DNA of 40,694 nt from Rozella allomycis CSF55 (taxonomy: Eukaryota). The position numbers and the translations under genes are program-made. The notes beneath the pieces are model-generated. The model saw only the letters and a list, made by a program, of their open reading frames with translations. It had not been told where the DNA came from and did not search any database. Where the stretch lies: contig KE560844.1 of the NCBI GenBank assembly GCA_000442015.1, forward strand, positions 1-40,694, read 5' to 3'. The first letter of the stretch is position 1, and each line of letters opens with the position of its first letter. Below are positions 22,538 through 34,714 of the stretch, one piece after another.

Positions 22538-24238
22538 TTATTGCGCAGTATTCAGGCGTGAATTTAAACATTTTTCCAATTTCGCTGCAATCAGAGCTAT
22601 CAATTTATCGCTTTCACTTTCAGAGTTGTCACAATTGCAAGGTGCGGTGGGTTGTTGGTTTTGTTCTTGTATTTTCATTGAAAGCTCATCTATTTTGCTT
22701 TGAAGGTCATTTATTTTTTCCGCATAAAACTTGTGGACTTCTTCCAATTCACCAGAAGAATCATCGACAACAGTGTCACCGTCGGAGTCATCATTGGCCA
22801 TATCATCTTCAAATTCATTATTTTGATCTTTCGAATCAGCAACATCGTCGACTTCAGTTTCGTCATCAGAGTCTTCTATAGTTGATGGAACTTCACTTTC
22901 AAGTTTCTCAAACAAGATTTCTTCATCTTTCTCGGAGGGTCTTTTTATTAATGTAAAAATATGTTACTTTTCCTTTGCGGAAATTAGACCATCTTCTTTA
23001 TCCAATTTTACATCTCCCAAATCAAATTGGTTCAAATCCACATCATCTTTAATTTTCTCAGATATTCTAATCCATAAGTATTTAATTCATTACAAATCAA
23101 GAAATTTTAATTCATCTTCTGAAAACGATGCAATTTCTTTGTCACGAACTTCTACTTGACTGTTGGTCGCATTGCCTTTAACTTTTATTTCAGCCTCATT
23201 ATCTACTTTCGCTGCATCACTATTTTAAAAACATTATAGGATTTACTCTTGAGAGTTTGGTACCTGCTCTTGAGCTAATTTTGATTCTTCCTCTAAAAAT
23301 TCCGCCAAATTAACATTTTCAATCCCTGATGAAATACTTTTTAATATTGATAATGTTATTTACGATTCTAAAAATATTAAATCATCAAGAGAATAATCAG
23401 TTGTACCCCGCAAATTAATTTCCTTGAGGCTGTTTTCTTTTCGAACTTCTGGTTTAGATTCAACAACATTAGACACAACATTATCGCTCTTAGTATTCAC
23501 GCTTTGCAGTCGTCTCCAGCAAGTAACCAATTCTTGACTTAATTTGGTAACAAGATTTCTTTTCGTGTAAAATTCATCTTCGAATTTCCTCGTCGGCACA
23601 GTAATTGGTGTAATTTCTTGATTTATCATAGTTCTGCACTTTGTTAACTCTTTTTTAAGTGCGTCCATATGATAAGAAATTTGCGTCTCGAGTTTTTTCG
23701 GTAAAGCCTGTGGTCTTTTCGATTTCTTTTCCCGCTTATGACCTTTAACATGGCTATTGAAACCATCCTGTCTATTAAATATTCTTCCACATTCGAAGCA
23801 TCTATACTGAGTCATGACCATATTCACTGCGGAGGCCAAATTAATATAAAACTTGGAATACGCATTGTGGAGGACTGTCTCGTCCTTTTCAACCATGATA
23901 TCATGTCTAGTGGACGCCGACATATCATCCCAAAACACCTTTGACGATGGATTAATTAACGGTGGCAGTAACAGAAACGTGCTGTTTGCTCTGTGCGCCT
24001 TGGCGTAGCAAGCATGCAAATGTTTATGAGCGCCTGATTGCAGCATCGGCATTCCGCAAATGTGGCAGTAGGGGTGTTTAATATTCTTGAAATTCTGCTG
24101 AAACTCGGGTGGCAGCAATGTGGCGAGTTCCGTAGCGTTTGGGCTGAGAAAAGTGTCTTTTACAACCCTGTTATATTTTTTGCGACAGAAAACGGCGAGA
24201 GCGAAATAAAAGATGAGCACAATCCCAATTTTTTTCAT
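22538..24238 (-). CDS. Zinc-finger protein (C2HC + C2H2) with N-terminal signal-peptide-like segment and acidic C-terminus
   Basis: MKKIGIVLIFYFALAVFC; CHICG..HLHAC; YRCFECGRIFNRQDGFNSHVKGH. Four 27-28 nt GT-AG introns join ORF 23360-24238 to ORF 22538-22915 in frame. Confidence 0.78.
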
Positions 24239-24423
24239 CCTGGATGTGGCTTGGTTGCGTGCATTTTAATACAGGGTTTAATAGCAGGCTGGCCATGCTA
24301 ATTTGATAGATTGATTAAATGGGGATTATGGAATTTTAGATGTTGTGTGGAATGTGTAGTTTTTTATGCTGATGATTTGGTTTGTGGTCACATTGTTTTT
24401 GGGGAATGCGCGGGATGTGGCGC

Positions 24424-27400
24424 ATGATGGATCCAGAGAATCGACCTTTCTGGGTCGTGAAATCGGGCGTGGAATTGTTGAGTAACGAAAAGAAAAAGGA
24501 TGTGATACATAATATGCAGAGTCATTTGGAGTTTACGGTATATTAAACGTTTTGGATTTAATAGGCAAGTGTCAATCGATTAGTAGTTGGCAGCCCGTAT
24601 AGTCTTGTTATTGTAAAGAAAGAGCTGTATCTAGTTAATTCTGATTATTCTTTGAAATGTTCATTTGAGTTTGGTAGATATTAAATGTATTTGTGATAGA
24701 AAATGATTTAGTTGAGATGAAGATGATAAGGGAATACGTTGTAGGATATGATAAAACGAATATTTTATATGTGTTGGATTTGAAAGAAGAAAAGGAAGTG
24801 TTTTCCCAAAACTTGGGATTTGATATTCAGCAATTGAGAATATTTGAAAAGGAGGATGGAACTTTAGATGTAGTAATAATTACAGAGGATAAAATTGTAC
24901 TATTTATAAGTGAACTTGATATACAAAGCATATCGGTTGAGCAAGTAAAGATGATACAATGTGAAAGATAAGATACAGAATAAAATGATACGAATTGATT
25001 GCGAAGAAANCCAAGTAATATATGCGAGAGATGTGGATGAATATTTGTTTTGTGGGAGTGGAGAGAATGTACTAGTCAAGATAGGAAGGAATGAATGTAT
25101 TGATATTATAGACTATTGCCCATTCAATTCATTTATCAAGAACATCGAGACAAGTGAGTATGAAGAGAACAGAGGGATTTTACTGACTATTGAAGAATTA
25201 AGTTTGTATTTGTGGGATTACAAGTCGATGATAGCAGTAGCATGGAAAGCATTTGATAAAAGAATTAGTGATGTGAAGATATGCAATCAATTCATTTTAT
25301 GTATTTGTGACAATGATTTAAATATATTGGAAATTCCAACATTGAATGTTTTGCATTCTTATACATTTAAAGAAGAAATTACGTTTGTTGATTGCAGTTT
25401 AAATGTAATAGAAATTAAAAGTTGAGATAGTCTGATAGTGTGTTTATTAAGCACGGCTGTGAATTGAAATCATTTCATGAATCTAATCCATTAAAGTTGT
25501 ATGGCAANAAGCATTTGATAAAAGAATTATTGATGTGAAGATATGCAATCAATTCATTTTATGTATTTGTGACAATGATTTAAATATATTGGAAATTCCA
25601 ACATTGAATGTTTTGTATTCCTATAAATTTAAAGAAGAAATAACGTTTGTTGAATGCAGTTTAAATGTAATAGAAATTGAAAGTTAAAATAGTCTGATAG
25701 TGTGTTTATTAAGCATGGATGTGAATTGAAATCATTTCATGAATCTAATCCATTAAAGTTGTATGGCAAGAGAATTAAAGAGAATGATTTTGAGCAAGCT
25801 AAATTGATAGCGAAAGAATTTAATTTAAATACAATGGTAAATACTATAAATGTTCTTTTTAAAGGATGTGTTGAAATCTAAATTTATTTATTTACGAGAG
25901 CAAGACAATGTTGTGGTTAATGAAGAGATGATAAATGAGCTGAATGAGATTGAAGATGAAGAATTTATTTTAGATTTTTGTTTGAATGTTGAATGTGAAT
26001 CTATTGAATCGTTTAATTTGATTTATGATTTTGGGATTGAAAGGTTTCCAATTATGCAAAGTTTGGTTTATAAGTTTGGAACGTTTAAATTGTTGAATTT
26101 GAGTGTAAAAGAATGGAAGAGATTTAAGAGAATTGGAATGTATGAAGAAGCAATAAAGTATTTGAAGCAAGGAGATATTTACAAGTCATTTGTTTTAATA
26201 AAGAGACATTTTGAAGAGATTGAAAATGTTTTGCAAGTGTTAGAGAATATTCCTACTAATAGAAACCCGAAAGATTATTCTATTCTAGTTTCTATTTTGA
26301 TTAAAGAAGAAATGAGTGAATGGGTGGAGAAAAGATGTAGGTTTATTGAACATTACCTTCAAAATGCATCGTTAGCTTTAGAGTTTTTGAATATAGTTTG
26401 GAAGTTTAATTCAAATGAGAATATTAATAGATTGAAGGTGGAATTGGAGTTGATTGTTTATTTGAAAGAGAAACATTCAATAATAAAAAGATTGGGTGAT
26501 GATCTAAGTGACCAGGGTGTGATAAATGTGATGATGGAAAGAATAACTTGCATTGAATTGATACCAAAAGAAATAGAAAATCATATTAAACCATTTTGTA
26601 TTAAGAGGGGGATTGATTATGAAGAATTGATTGTTGATTATTGTTTAAAAGTTGAAGATTTAGATTTTATTTCTTCTTTAATAAACTGTTTGAAATCAGA
26701 TGATAAAAAGATGGAATTAATTTTGAATTTATTAAAAGATTTGAATTCAGAAAATTTAATAAATTCAACAATTTTGTTAAATGAATTTACAAATTCAGAT
26801 TCAGATTCAACTTTGAATAATTTAATAAAAATGGTAAATTTAATTTAATAAAATTTTAAAGGGATTTGAATTAAAGAATTGTTTAAAGTTTAATGAATTT
26901 GAAGAACAAATAAAATTGTTAAAAACAAGATCTATTTTAAAGAAATATAAAATATCTTTAAATTCAATTTCATCTTCTTTATTTTCATTTACAACTTTAA
27001 TGAGAATAATAAATAATCCAAATGAAGATGCAGTTTCAGATTGTTTAAAGATAACAAGAGAATTTAACAATTGGAATATTTATGAAATTTATTTTAATAG
27101 ATTATGTTTTCTATGTAGATTTAATAAAGCCAATAATATTGAATATTTAAATGAATTGGAAGTGGAAATGAAACACAAAGTGTTAAAGAATTGTTCTGGT
27201 TGGTTGATTCAATTAATAGATTGTTCAAAAGAAGATGATTTAAATGATGAAGAATTGAAATGGGTTTATGAATCAATGCTTCCAATCTCAAAAGAATTGT
27301 TTAACACTCACAATCAACTATTGAATGAAAGTTTATTTAAAAATATTTCATTTAATGAGTTTACAAACATTATTAGTTTCTGTAATTGTTTAGAAAGACT

Positions 27401-30400
27401 TTCTTTACTCTACATTGAGTTTAATTTACCTTTTACTGTTTCTCAGCTAATGAACACTTCATTTGTTGAAATGACTTGCAAAGATTACATTAAATCTCAA
27501 GTAAATACAATTAGTTTTCATTTTAAAGAAATCATTTAATAATTCTAAAATAAATAGATTGGCTTACTTGCTAGGAATATCCAAAGTTACAATGCATTTA
27601 CTATATGCTGAAGAGAGTGCTAATCAAGGTGATCATTTGAAAATGATTCAATTATGCAATGTAAACATTTATTAATTAATTTAATAAGATTATTGTCAAT
27701 GAATATTTAGATTCATTTACTAGTGTAGAATTGTTAAGAATTTGTATTAGATTTATAAAATATTTAAACTCTCATTGGGAGAATTACAATCAGTTTGATT
27801 CAATTGAATTTATTTTAAATCAAATTTTATATTTCATTAACATTTCTTTATCTTTTTGTGATTCTGAATTTCTAGATTGTAAATCTATTTTTAATCTTTT
27901 AAATAGTTTGTTTGGAAGAGTATAAATTAGTCTATATTTTATTGATAATATTTAAAAAGACTGAAGATGGAGATTATTTAAAACCAATTTCAAATTCAGA
28001 TAAAAATTTGTATTTTTCAGAAATGTTTTTTGAACAAGGGTTGATCATGCCCACAAGAGAAAGTTTTGGAGAAGCTTTGAAATGTTTTTGTAAATCATCT
28101 AAAACATTTAAATTAATATCAAAAGAATCAAAACTTAAAGGTAGAATGAGCTATGAAGAGAATCCGTTAAATGGACTAGTTGAAATGTTGACTGAACAGG
28201 GGTATTATCAATCAGCATTGTTAATACGAAATAATTTGATGATATCGGAACCAAACAAGACTATAATTGAGCCTTATTTAAGAAAAGTGTTTAGTTTTAA
28301 AGAATTGGATTGTGAAGTGGCAGTTTCATTGATGATATCATTGCCAGTTGAAACAGCATTTAATTTATTCAGAGTAAAACAACTTTATTATTAATAAAGG
28401 GTGGATTGAGTACAATTGGAAATGATTATTTGAGATTAATAAAGTTGGCTAGTATTGGTATGGCGTGTGGTAATTTATGGAATCAGAGATCATTTTTTGT
28501 TGATTGTCAGCAATTGGAAAAGAATGGGATTTGGTGGTACCATTTGAATGTACTTGAAATACCATTTGATAATGTGAAATTCAGAACTAGTAAATTTGGG
28601 GAATACCAAAAGACGTTAATTCCAATGATATTAGAAAAGAGTGATTTGGATATTTCATCAGTTAAAGATTATTGTGAATGTTTTGATATTAATAAAGACT
28701 TTGCTTACTTTGAATTTATTCAACAGAGTATTAAAAAGAGAGAGTTTAAAGGAAATGTTTTAAATGTTATTGAAGAAATTAAAAATAAAGAAAAATTGAA
28801 AGATTTATTGTTGAATGAAATTTTAAACAATATTTCTCCTTTTGATTATTCAAGTAAAGTGAAATTGCGATTTAAAAATAGAAATTGAATTTGTTTTAAA
28901 ATTGATTTTGAAAATTGATAAAGAAAATTCATTTTGTAAGAAATCTGAATCTATTTTGAAATGTTTAATCAACTATGAACGAAATAAAGATCCATTGAAA
29001 GAAGAATTTAAATTTGTTAAAGATTATGATAAGAAATCTATTCAAGAATTAATCAATGTAAATTTTATAAAGCTTAGTTTAATTAGAATTATCCTGCAAG
29101 TAGAAAAAGAATTTCATTTGAATTGATTTTAAAAGATCCGTGGCTGATTCTTAATCATGAATTAGATTTTAATTCTTTGTCTATTTTAATTGGTTTATCA
29201 ATCCCATTAGAAATAGAAATTTCAAAGTTTTACATTTGTGTTATAAATAAATTACTGTCTAATCCTTGTTTGAATCAACAAATAATAAATCAGATTAAGA
29301 ATTGTTTGGAATTGATTAAAGATAAACAAGTTGCTGTTGGGGTTGCTAAATATTGTGCTGATCAATTTGATTCTGGAAATTTCAAAATTGAGTTTCTTAA
29401 ATTGTCTTTCAAACTGGCCAATGAATGGAAAAATGAAATTGAAGGGGGAGGGGGTGATAAGAGAGTTGGAAGAGATGAAAAGATTAAAAGTGGAGACGAC
29501 AACAGTAACGCTAATGAAGATGATAAAGAAAATGTTAAAATAAACACTACAGATACAATGGATACAATGAGTCATGACGCTATTGATAAAGACTCTGGTG
29601 ACTCTACAGATACAAAAGGAGAATTGAATCTTTGTTTGAAAGCTTTGAATAAATTAGAAAAGACAATTTCATTTTCAGAAACAGAATTTCAATTAAAAGA
29701 ATTGGGATTAGAAAAATTAATGAATGAAAATGTTGAAAAAATAATTTCTGATCTATTTGAAATTCAAGAAATAGATTTTAATAAAGTTTGTTCAGAAATA
29801 AGTTATAGACATTCATTAGATTTTGAAAATGTCAAAGTAAATTTATTAAATGAAAAAATTATTAAAAATACAACAGATCCAAATGATTTAAATTTTATTT
29901 ATATTTTAAGAGTTACTAGAAGTGAATTAAACACTTTTAAAAATGAAGAAAAGATTAATAAACATATTTTAAATTTACTTTCTTCAATGCCAACAGATAA
30001 ACAAATTCATTGGCTATTAAACATTGCTTATCAAGTAATCTCTTCTCTTTAAACTAATCTAGCAAAAAACTAATAAGATTACAACTCAAATGAGAATCAG
30101 AGCTTTATTTGTTCTCTTATCAAACTATTCAGAATTTGAAATTAATAAAATTCACAACTTTAACGAGATTAAAGATTACCACAAAATTCTACTCTTCATG
30201 GCCACCTTTGAAGAATTGAAAATTCCAAAAACTATTAAAGAATTCATCACTCAAGATAAACAACTATTAGCTAAATCAATCTACTTAAATTACAACAATG
30301 ATCCAAAAGCAATTCAATTAATCTTCAGTTTGAATACTTTTTATTCTTTAACTGATATCTCATTGTGGAAAAATGTCATTAATTCATTTCTATCTTTCAA

Positions 30401-31180
30401 CCAATTCAATCTAATCATCGATTCAATCTACTTTTTGTTTTCTAAAAATCTATTGAATTCTATTAACAATATTACTTTTATTATTCATCAATTATTATCC
30501 AACTGTTTATCCAACAATTACAATTCAAACAACACTTTAAACAATTACAGTTCAAACAATTACAGTTCAAATAATTCAAACAGTTCAAATAATGCAAAGT
30601 TAGCTTTTAGTTGCTTAAGGCTATTGTTTGAAATTTCAAAAATTAAATTAAATGAATCTCAAATTAAATCAGATCTAAATCTCATAAATGATCCTCTAAT
30701 CAAATGTTGCTCAATCTTTGTTCTTTTCCCAAACGATTTCAATGTAATTCATGTCTTAAATCTCTAAATTAGAATTCCTTGAATTCTGCAAACATTTTAA
30801 CTCTTGTAAACCTTTTAAATGATTCTGAATTCTTTTTAAAAGTATTAAACTCTTTTCTTTCTCATGTAGCGATTTATTATACTCGAAATATTCAATTATG
30901 TCAACCAAAACAAACTGTACAGCATATTCGTTAATACTTGTCATCTTTTGGATTTCATTAATTATTTAATTGATAAAGATGACATTCATGCTTTAATTAA
31001 TCATCTACTAGAATTTCAAATGTAATTTTTTAGGTCTCTCATCAAATTAGGTTGGATGAAGCATCTAAAGTTTGTTCAAAGTATTTCAAATCTAAACATC
31101 AAATTAACGTTCCATTAGAAGATTCACTTCAAGTAACAAATTCTTAAATTATTCAATAGAAATTTATATCCCTCCAATAA
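24424..31180 (+). CDS. KNTC1: Kinetochore-associated protein 1 / Rough deal (Rod, RZZ complex)
   Basis: Very large protein with beta-propeller-like N-terminus and helical solenoid; segments DCEVAVSLMISLP, GNDYLRLIKLASIG, WWYHLNVLEIPFD, ISPFDY, KDPWLILNHEL, RIRALFVL resemble Rod/Rod_C. About 17 short introns; interrupted by an assembly duplication at 25247-25769. Confidence 0.72.
25247..25769 (+). repeat. ~261-bp tandem duplication separated by a single N (probable uncollapsed alleles)
   Basis: 25247-25507 repeats at 25509-25769 with about 11 substitutions; N at 25508. Confidence 0.9.
30513..30593 (+). repeat. Imperfect 15-nt coding minisatellite (AACAATTACAGTTCA) encoding an N/S-rich tract
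   Basis: NNYNSNNTLNNYSSNNYSSNNSNSSNN within the Rod ORF. Confidence 0.8.
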
Positions 31181-31232
31181 ATGAAATTCATTTTTTAATA
31201 AATTCATTTTCTATAATGCCAATAAAATTTAT

Positions 31233-32404
31233 TTATGTAACATTCTTGTTATAGTTAATATAACCAATTCCAACACATCCCAAAACAACTGTTTCTGTTT
31301 CATGGTCTGCTTCAATCTTAAACTTGACTCCAAAATACTTTTTCAAATCCCTCAAAAATTGCACACTATAAACAACATCACCATATCTTACCTTTGATCA
31401 GTCAATTTCCCAAACCTAACCTTTGAAACATCTTCAGGACACAACACCATCAACAACAACACCAACCACTGGCAACTCGCATCAAAACACCCACCCCATT
31501 CTATCTGCTGCAACAATCTAGCTGCATTCGTCTTGCCCATTTCTTCAGGTACCTGTCCAGCTTCTCCAATCATCTCCGAAGACAACAATACTCCAGTTGT
31601 AGACTCGGCAACAAGTATAATTCCATATCCAGGCGACTTTCCTGATTCATGGCCTTTAAATACATCTGTATGCACATATATATCAGGTATAAACTGGTTC
31701 AACACAGATCTAGCACCATCAACCATTCTATTTGCCATTTGCGGTGTCACCCGGGACGCATGCGCTATACCCCTAATTCTTTTGATTTTCCCACAGTCAA
31801 GCATTTCCAATGGCTTCAGTTGTTTTACAACAGGGCATTTGAAAAAAACCTCGCCGCCTCCCATAGGCGCATATCCTCTCTTTACAATCTATTCAATTAT
31901 TTCATTTCATTTTACTTTAAATTCAGGCTCTTGCGCAATGCCAAACTGCTTCAACACTGGCAACAAAACAGTTCTGAACGCATCAACACTGCAATCAACA
32001 TCATTATTCGTCACCCCTCTAATCGTCAGCAAAACCGGCTCCTTGCAAAACGGCGCAATAGCCAACAGCGGCTCCAACCAGTAAGTAACACATCTCTCAT
32101 TCGTCGCGTCAAAAGTAACCTTGCCTCCAACCAAAACACCCGGCCGAAACACAACACTCGTCCCCGTATAGCTAATCTGCACAGTCGATCCATTCGTAAT
32201 AGCTTCTATCAATTTCAAAAATTTAATTTCCGTTTCTAAACAAACACATCACATTAACTTACCACTCAATCCAGGATTCGTACTGTTCGAACGTATCTTT
32301 TCTATTTTCACCGCCTTTTGACTAAGCGCAGACATCATTATACGCTGCCGGAAATGCGAACTGCCTTGGAACGTCAGATATTCTTGATGAGAGCCTTTTA
32401 TCAT
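31233..32404 (-). CDS. RCL1: RNA 3'-terminal phosphate cyclase-like protein Rcl1
   Basis: FQGSSHFRQR, IRSNSTNPGL, TNGSTVQISYTGT, LEPLLAIAPFCK, KRGYAPMGGGEV, GKSPGYGIILVAESTTG, CVGIGYINYNK; 3 introns. Confidence 0.95.
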
Positions 32405-32461
32405 AAAAATTTAGTGGCTTGGTTGGCGCAAAGTCGGTAATTCAATTACGCGTGTGGAACT

Positions 32462-33490
32462 ATGAACTCGCCATTTTCAGTGAAAAATAGTTTTGAAAAA
32501 GGGTCTGGTAATTTTGGGAATTCCAAGGAAAGTTTATCAAGGTCCGCGCAACGACGAGTGCAAAAGGTAGAGAAAAGGGCGTCAAAGAATTTGAGTGCAC
32601 GTATTAAAATTAAAAATCCTATATCGTTTAATTTCTTTAAAGAGGAAAGCAAGAGTTGGACTCTGGATGGGCAAAATAAGGAGAGTGTAAATAAGGACAC
32701 GCAGGATTGGACTTGCAAGCATTGTTTGGTTAGTAATCCTGTGAATGTCAAAGTTTGTCTGTGTTGTAATAGCTCTTCTTTACCAAAGGATTTGAAAATT
32801 TGTATATGTGGAAACATCAATAGATTAACGGAGCCATTTTGCTTGAAATGCCAAAGAAAGAATGAATTTTTCGACGAAAGTATGCTGATTAAGACAACAA
32901 AGGCTGATACTGTTCAAACAGATAACGCCAAGATCGTTAATGTTTCAACGGAGAAACAGGTAATTGGGTCTGAGAAACCGATAATTGCATCAGAGAAACC
33001 GGGTTTTCAAAATTTTAACGATAAAAACAAGACTAATTTACCAAAGAAAGATAATATTATGGTTATGCAGCCTTTGTCTACCAATAATTTCCAAAGTAAA
33101 AACACCGATTTACCAGTTATTGAAAAAACATCTCCACAGATATCAAACTTCTTCAAGGCTAATCATGTACCCGAAAGACAAAATAATACTATTTATTTAA
33201 AAGAAGCAAAAACTACTTCAATGGTTGCAGCACCTTGTATAGATCTTGAAAAGGCGGATTCCGAGAGTGTTGTTTCATTATCGATCCACTCTGATGTTGA
33301 AAATTATATTGACTGTCAAGAAAGTATAGTTAAAGAAAATATTGATATTGTCACCACAAAGGATGATATGGAATATAAAGCAATGCCCGAATTTACATTC
33401 ACAGCTTCAAAAGAGAGTCTAGATAATGGCATCAACTTTCTGATTGAAAAATATGGTGATGTGTCTCCTATTTTGATCAATTTTCAATAA
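32462..33490 (+). CDS. RanBP2-type zinc-finger protein (3' end may extend by a short exon)
   Basis: WTCKHCLVSNPVNVKVCLCC and a second degenerate finger CICGNINRLTEPFCLKC; remainder low complexity. Confidence 0.7.
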   Translation: MNSPFSVKNSFEKGSGNFGNSKESLSRSAQRRVQKVEKRASKNLSARIKIKNPISFNFFKEESKSWTLDGQNKESVNKDTQDWTCKHCLVSNPVNVKVCLCCNSSSLPKDLKICICGNINRLTEPFCLKCQRKNEFFDESMLIKTTKADTVQTDNAKIVNVSTEKQVIGSEKPIIASEKPGFQNFNDKNKTNLPKKDNIMVMQPLSTNNFQSKNTDLPVIEKTSPQISNFFKANHVPERQNNTIYLKEAKTTSMVAAPCIDLEKADSESVVSLSIHSDVENYIDCQESIVKENIDIVTTKDDMEYKAMPEFTFTASKESLDNGINFLIEKYGDVSPILINFQ

Positions 33491-33669
33491 ATAGTTTTTT
33501 CGCGTGTTAGATTTGCCATTTTATCATGTTAATGTCTGATTTGGAGTCATATTTGTATGTTTGAACACGTATAATTAGAGCAAAAACCACTACAAGTCTG
33601 ACATTAATTTCCAGTGTGAAAGAACAAATTTCAATATATCATTTTTTCGGTGAATTTCTCAAAACAGGA

Positions 33670-34713
33670 ATGGAAAAATTCAATGACTGGAGGGTATGAA
33701 ATATTTTCTGATAGCAATAATATAGGATCCGGGTACAGGAATTCATCCATTTCTTCCTACACAACGTAAATATAATGTGGCCACAGTTTTTTTCGGATTG
33801 TTTCTTGTTTTGGTGAGAATACCAATTATAGCGACTTTAATGGTGTATTGGTTAATCTTTGACACTATTTTATCCTTTCTACGTTTAAAAAAAGTACAAG
33901 TTCTAATCGATCGGGCCTTTGGAAAGTCGATTTTGGTTTTATGTGGTTTCTTATGCGTTAACTGTGCACCATTTGTTAAGAGGTAATCGTATTTTATATC
34001 CTAAATTACTGGAAATCAAAGCAAACCAACGCACAGGTTTCTGATAACGCAATAATAGTCAGTCATTTTAGCTCTTATATCGATATTATTTATTGCAAAT
34101 ATATGTAGGGCTTTACCATTGAGTTTAATATTTTAGATATTCTTGCTTATTTCTGTTTCCAGACGTCAAAGACGATACTTGTGTGCAAGTTTTATCATTT
34201 TACGATGCGTTAATATGTTGCATAACAAAGAGAGATTATATTGGCAAACGTGTATTAGTCGAAAACTTATCAAATGATATATATGTACTTTTTATTGAAG
34301 TAAAAGATCAATAACTTTGTCATAGGGTACAACGTCGAATGGTCGGGCTATTTTGAAGCCAGCTAACATTAATCTACAACCTATCAAAGAAAGATTACAT
34401 TTGATTTCGATAAGATATGAGTTTTTAAACTTTTCGCCCACATATGTTTGCGAATCTTTCTCGAGTCACATTTTTGGTTTATGCAGCCAAGTATTTTTCC
34501 ATCTTTCCTATAATATTCTAGTTTTATAATTCAATCACAATACGATCAATGAATAATTTTCAATTGTCTCGTGAATTACTGAGCGAAGAACCATTATTGC
34601 AATCTGTTTGCTTTGCTCTTTCTCGATTATCAAAACTTCGGTTGCTTTCGGTTAAATCAGCTGAAGATAAAACGGCATTTTTAAAATTTTACAATAAAAA
34701 GAAAAACAAATGA
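33670..34713 (+). CDS. LOA1: Lysophosphatidic acid acyltransferase Loa1/Vps66-like
   Basis: MEKFNDWR|DPGTGIHPFLP, VSHFSSYIDIIY, FIE|GTTSNGRAIL, EDKTAFLKFY; 5 introns, one probably GT-TG. Confidence 0.88.
33983..34011 (+). other. Predicted non-canonical GT-TG intron (29 nt) in LOA1
   Basis: gtaatcgtattttatatcctaaattactg; the phase-2 donor AAGAG|GTAATC joins in frame at CTG|G, while the AGs at 34021 and 34036 are out of phase. Confidence 0.65.
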
Positions 34714-34714
34714 G

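Noticed and set aside
22484-22540. Fusion of the zinc-finger gene with the downstream WD40 gene
   Set aside because: There is a clean TAA at 22538 with no GT donor just before it; the WD40 gene has its own ATG at 22483.
25247-25769. True exon duplication or mutually exclusive exons in Rod
   Set aside because: The junction is a single N, the second copy starts mid-exon and breaks the frame, which is typical of an unmerged contig overlap.
30513-30593. CRISPR-like or telomeric array
   Set aside because: Short degenerate in-frame coding repeat without unique spacers, in a eukaryotic gene.
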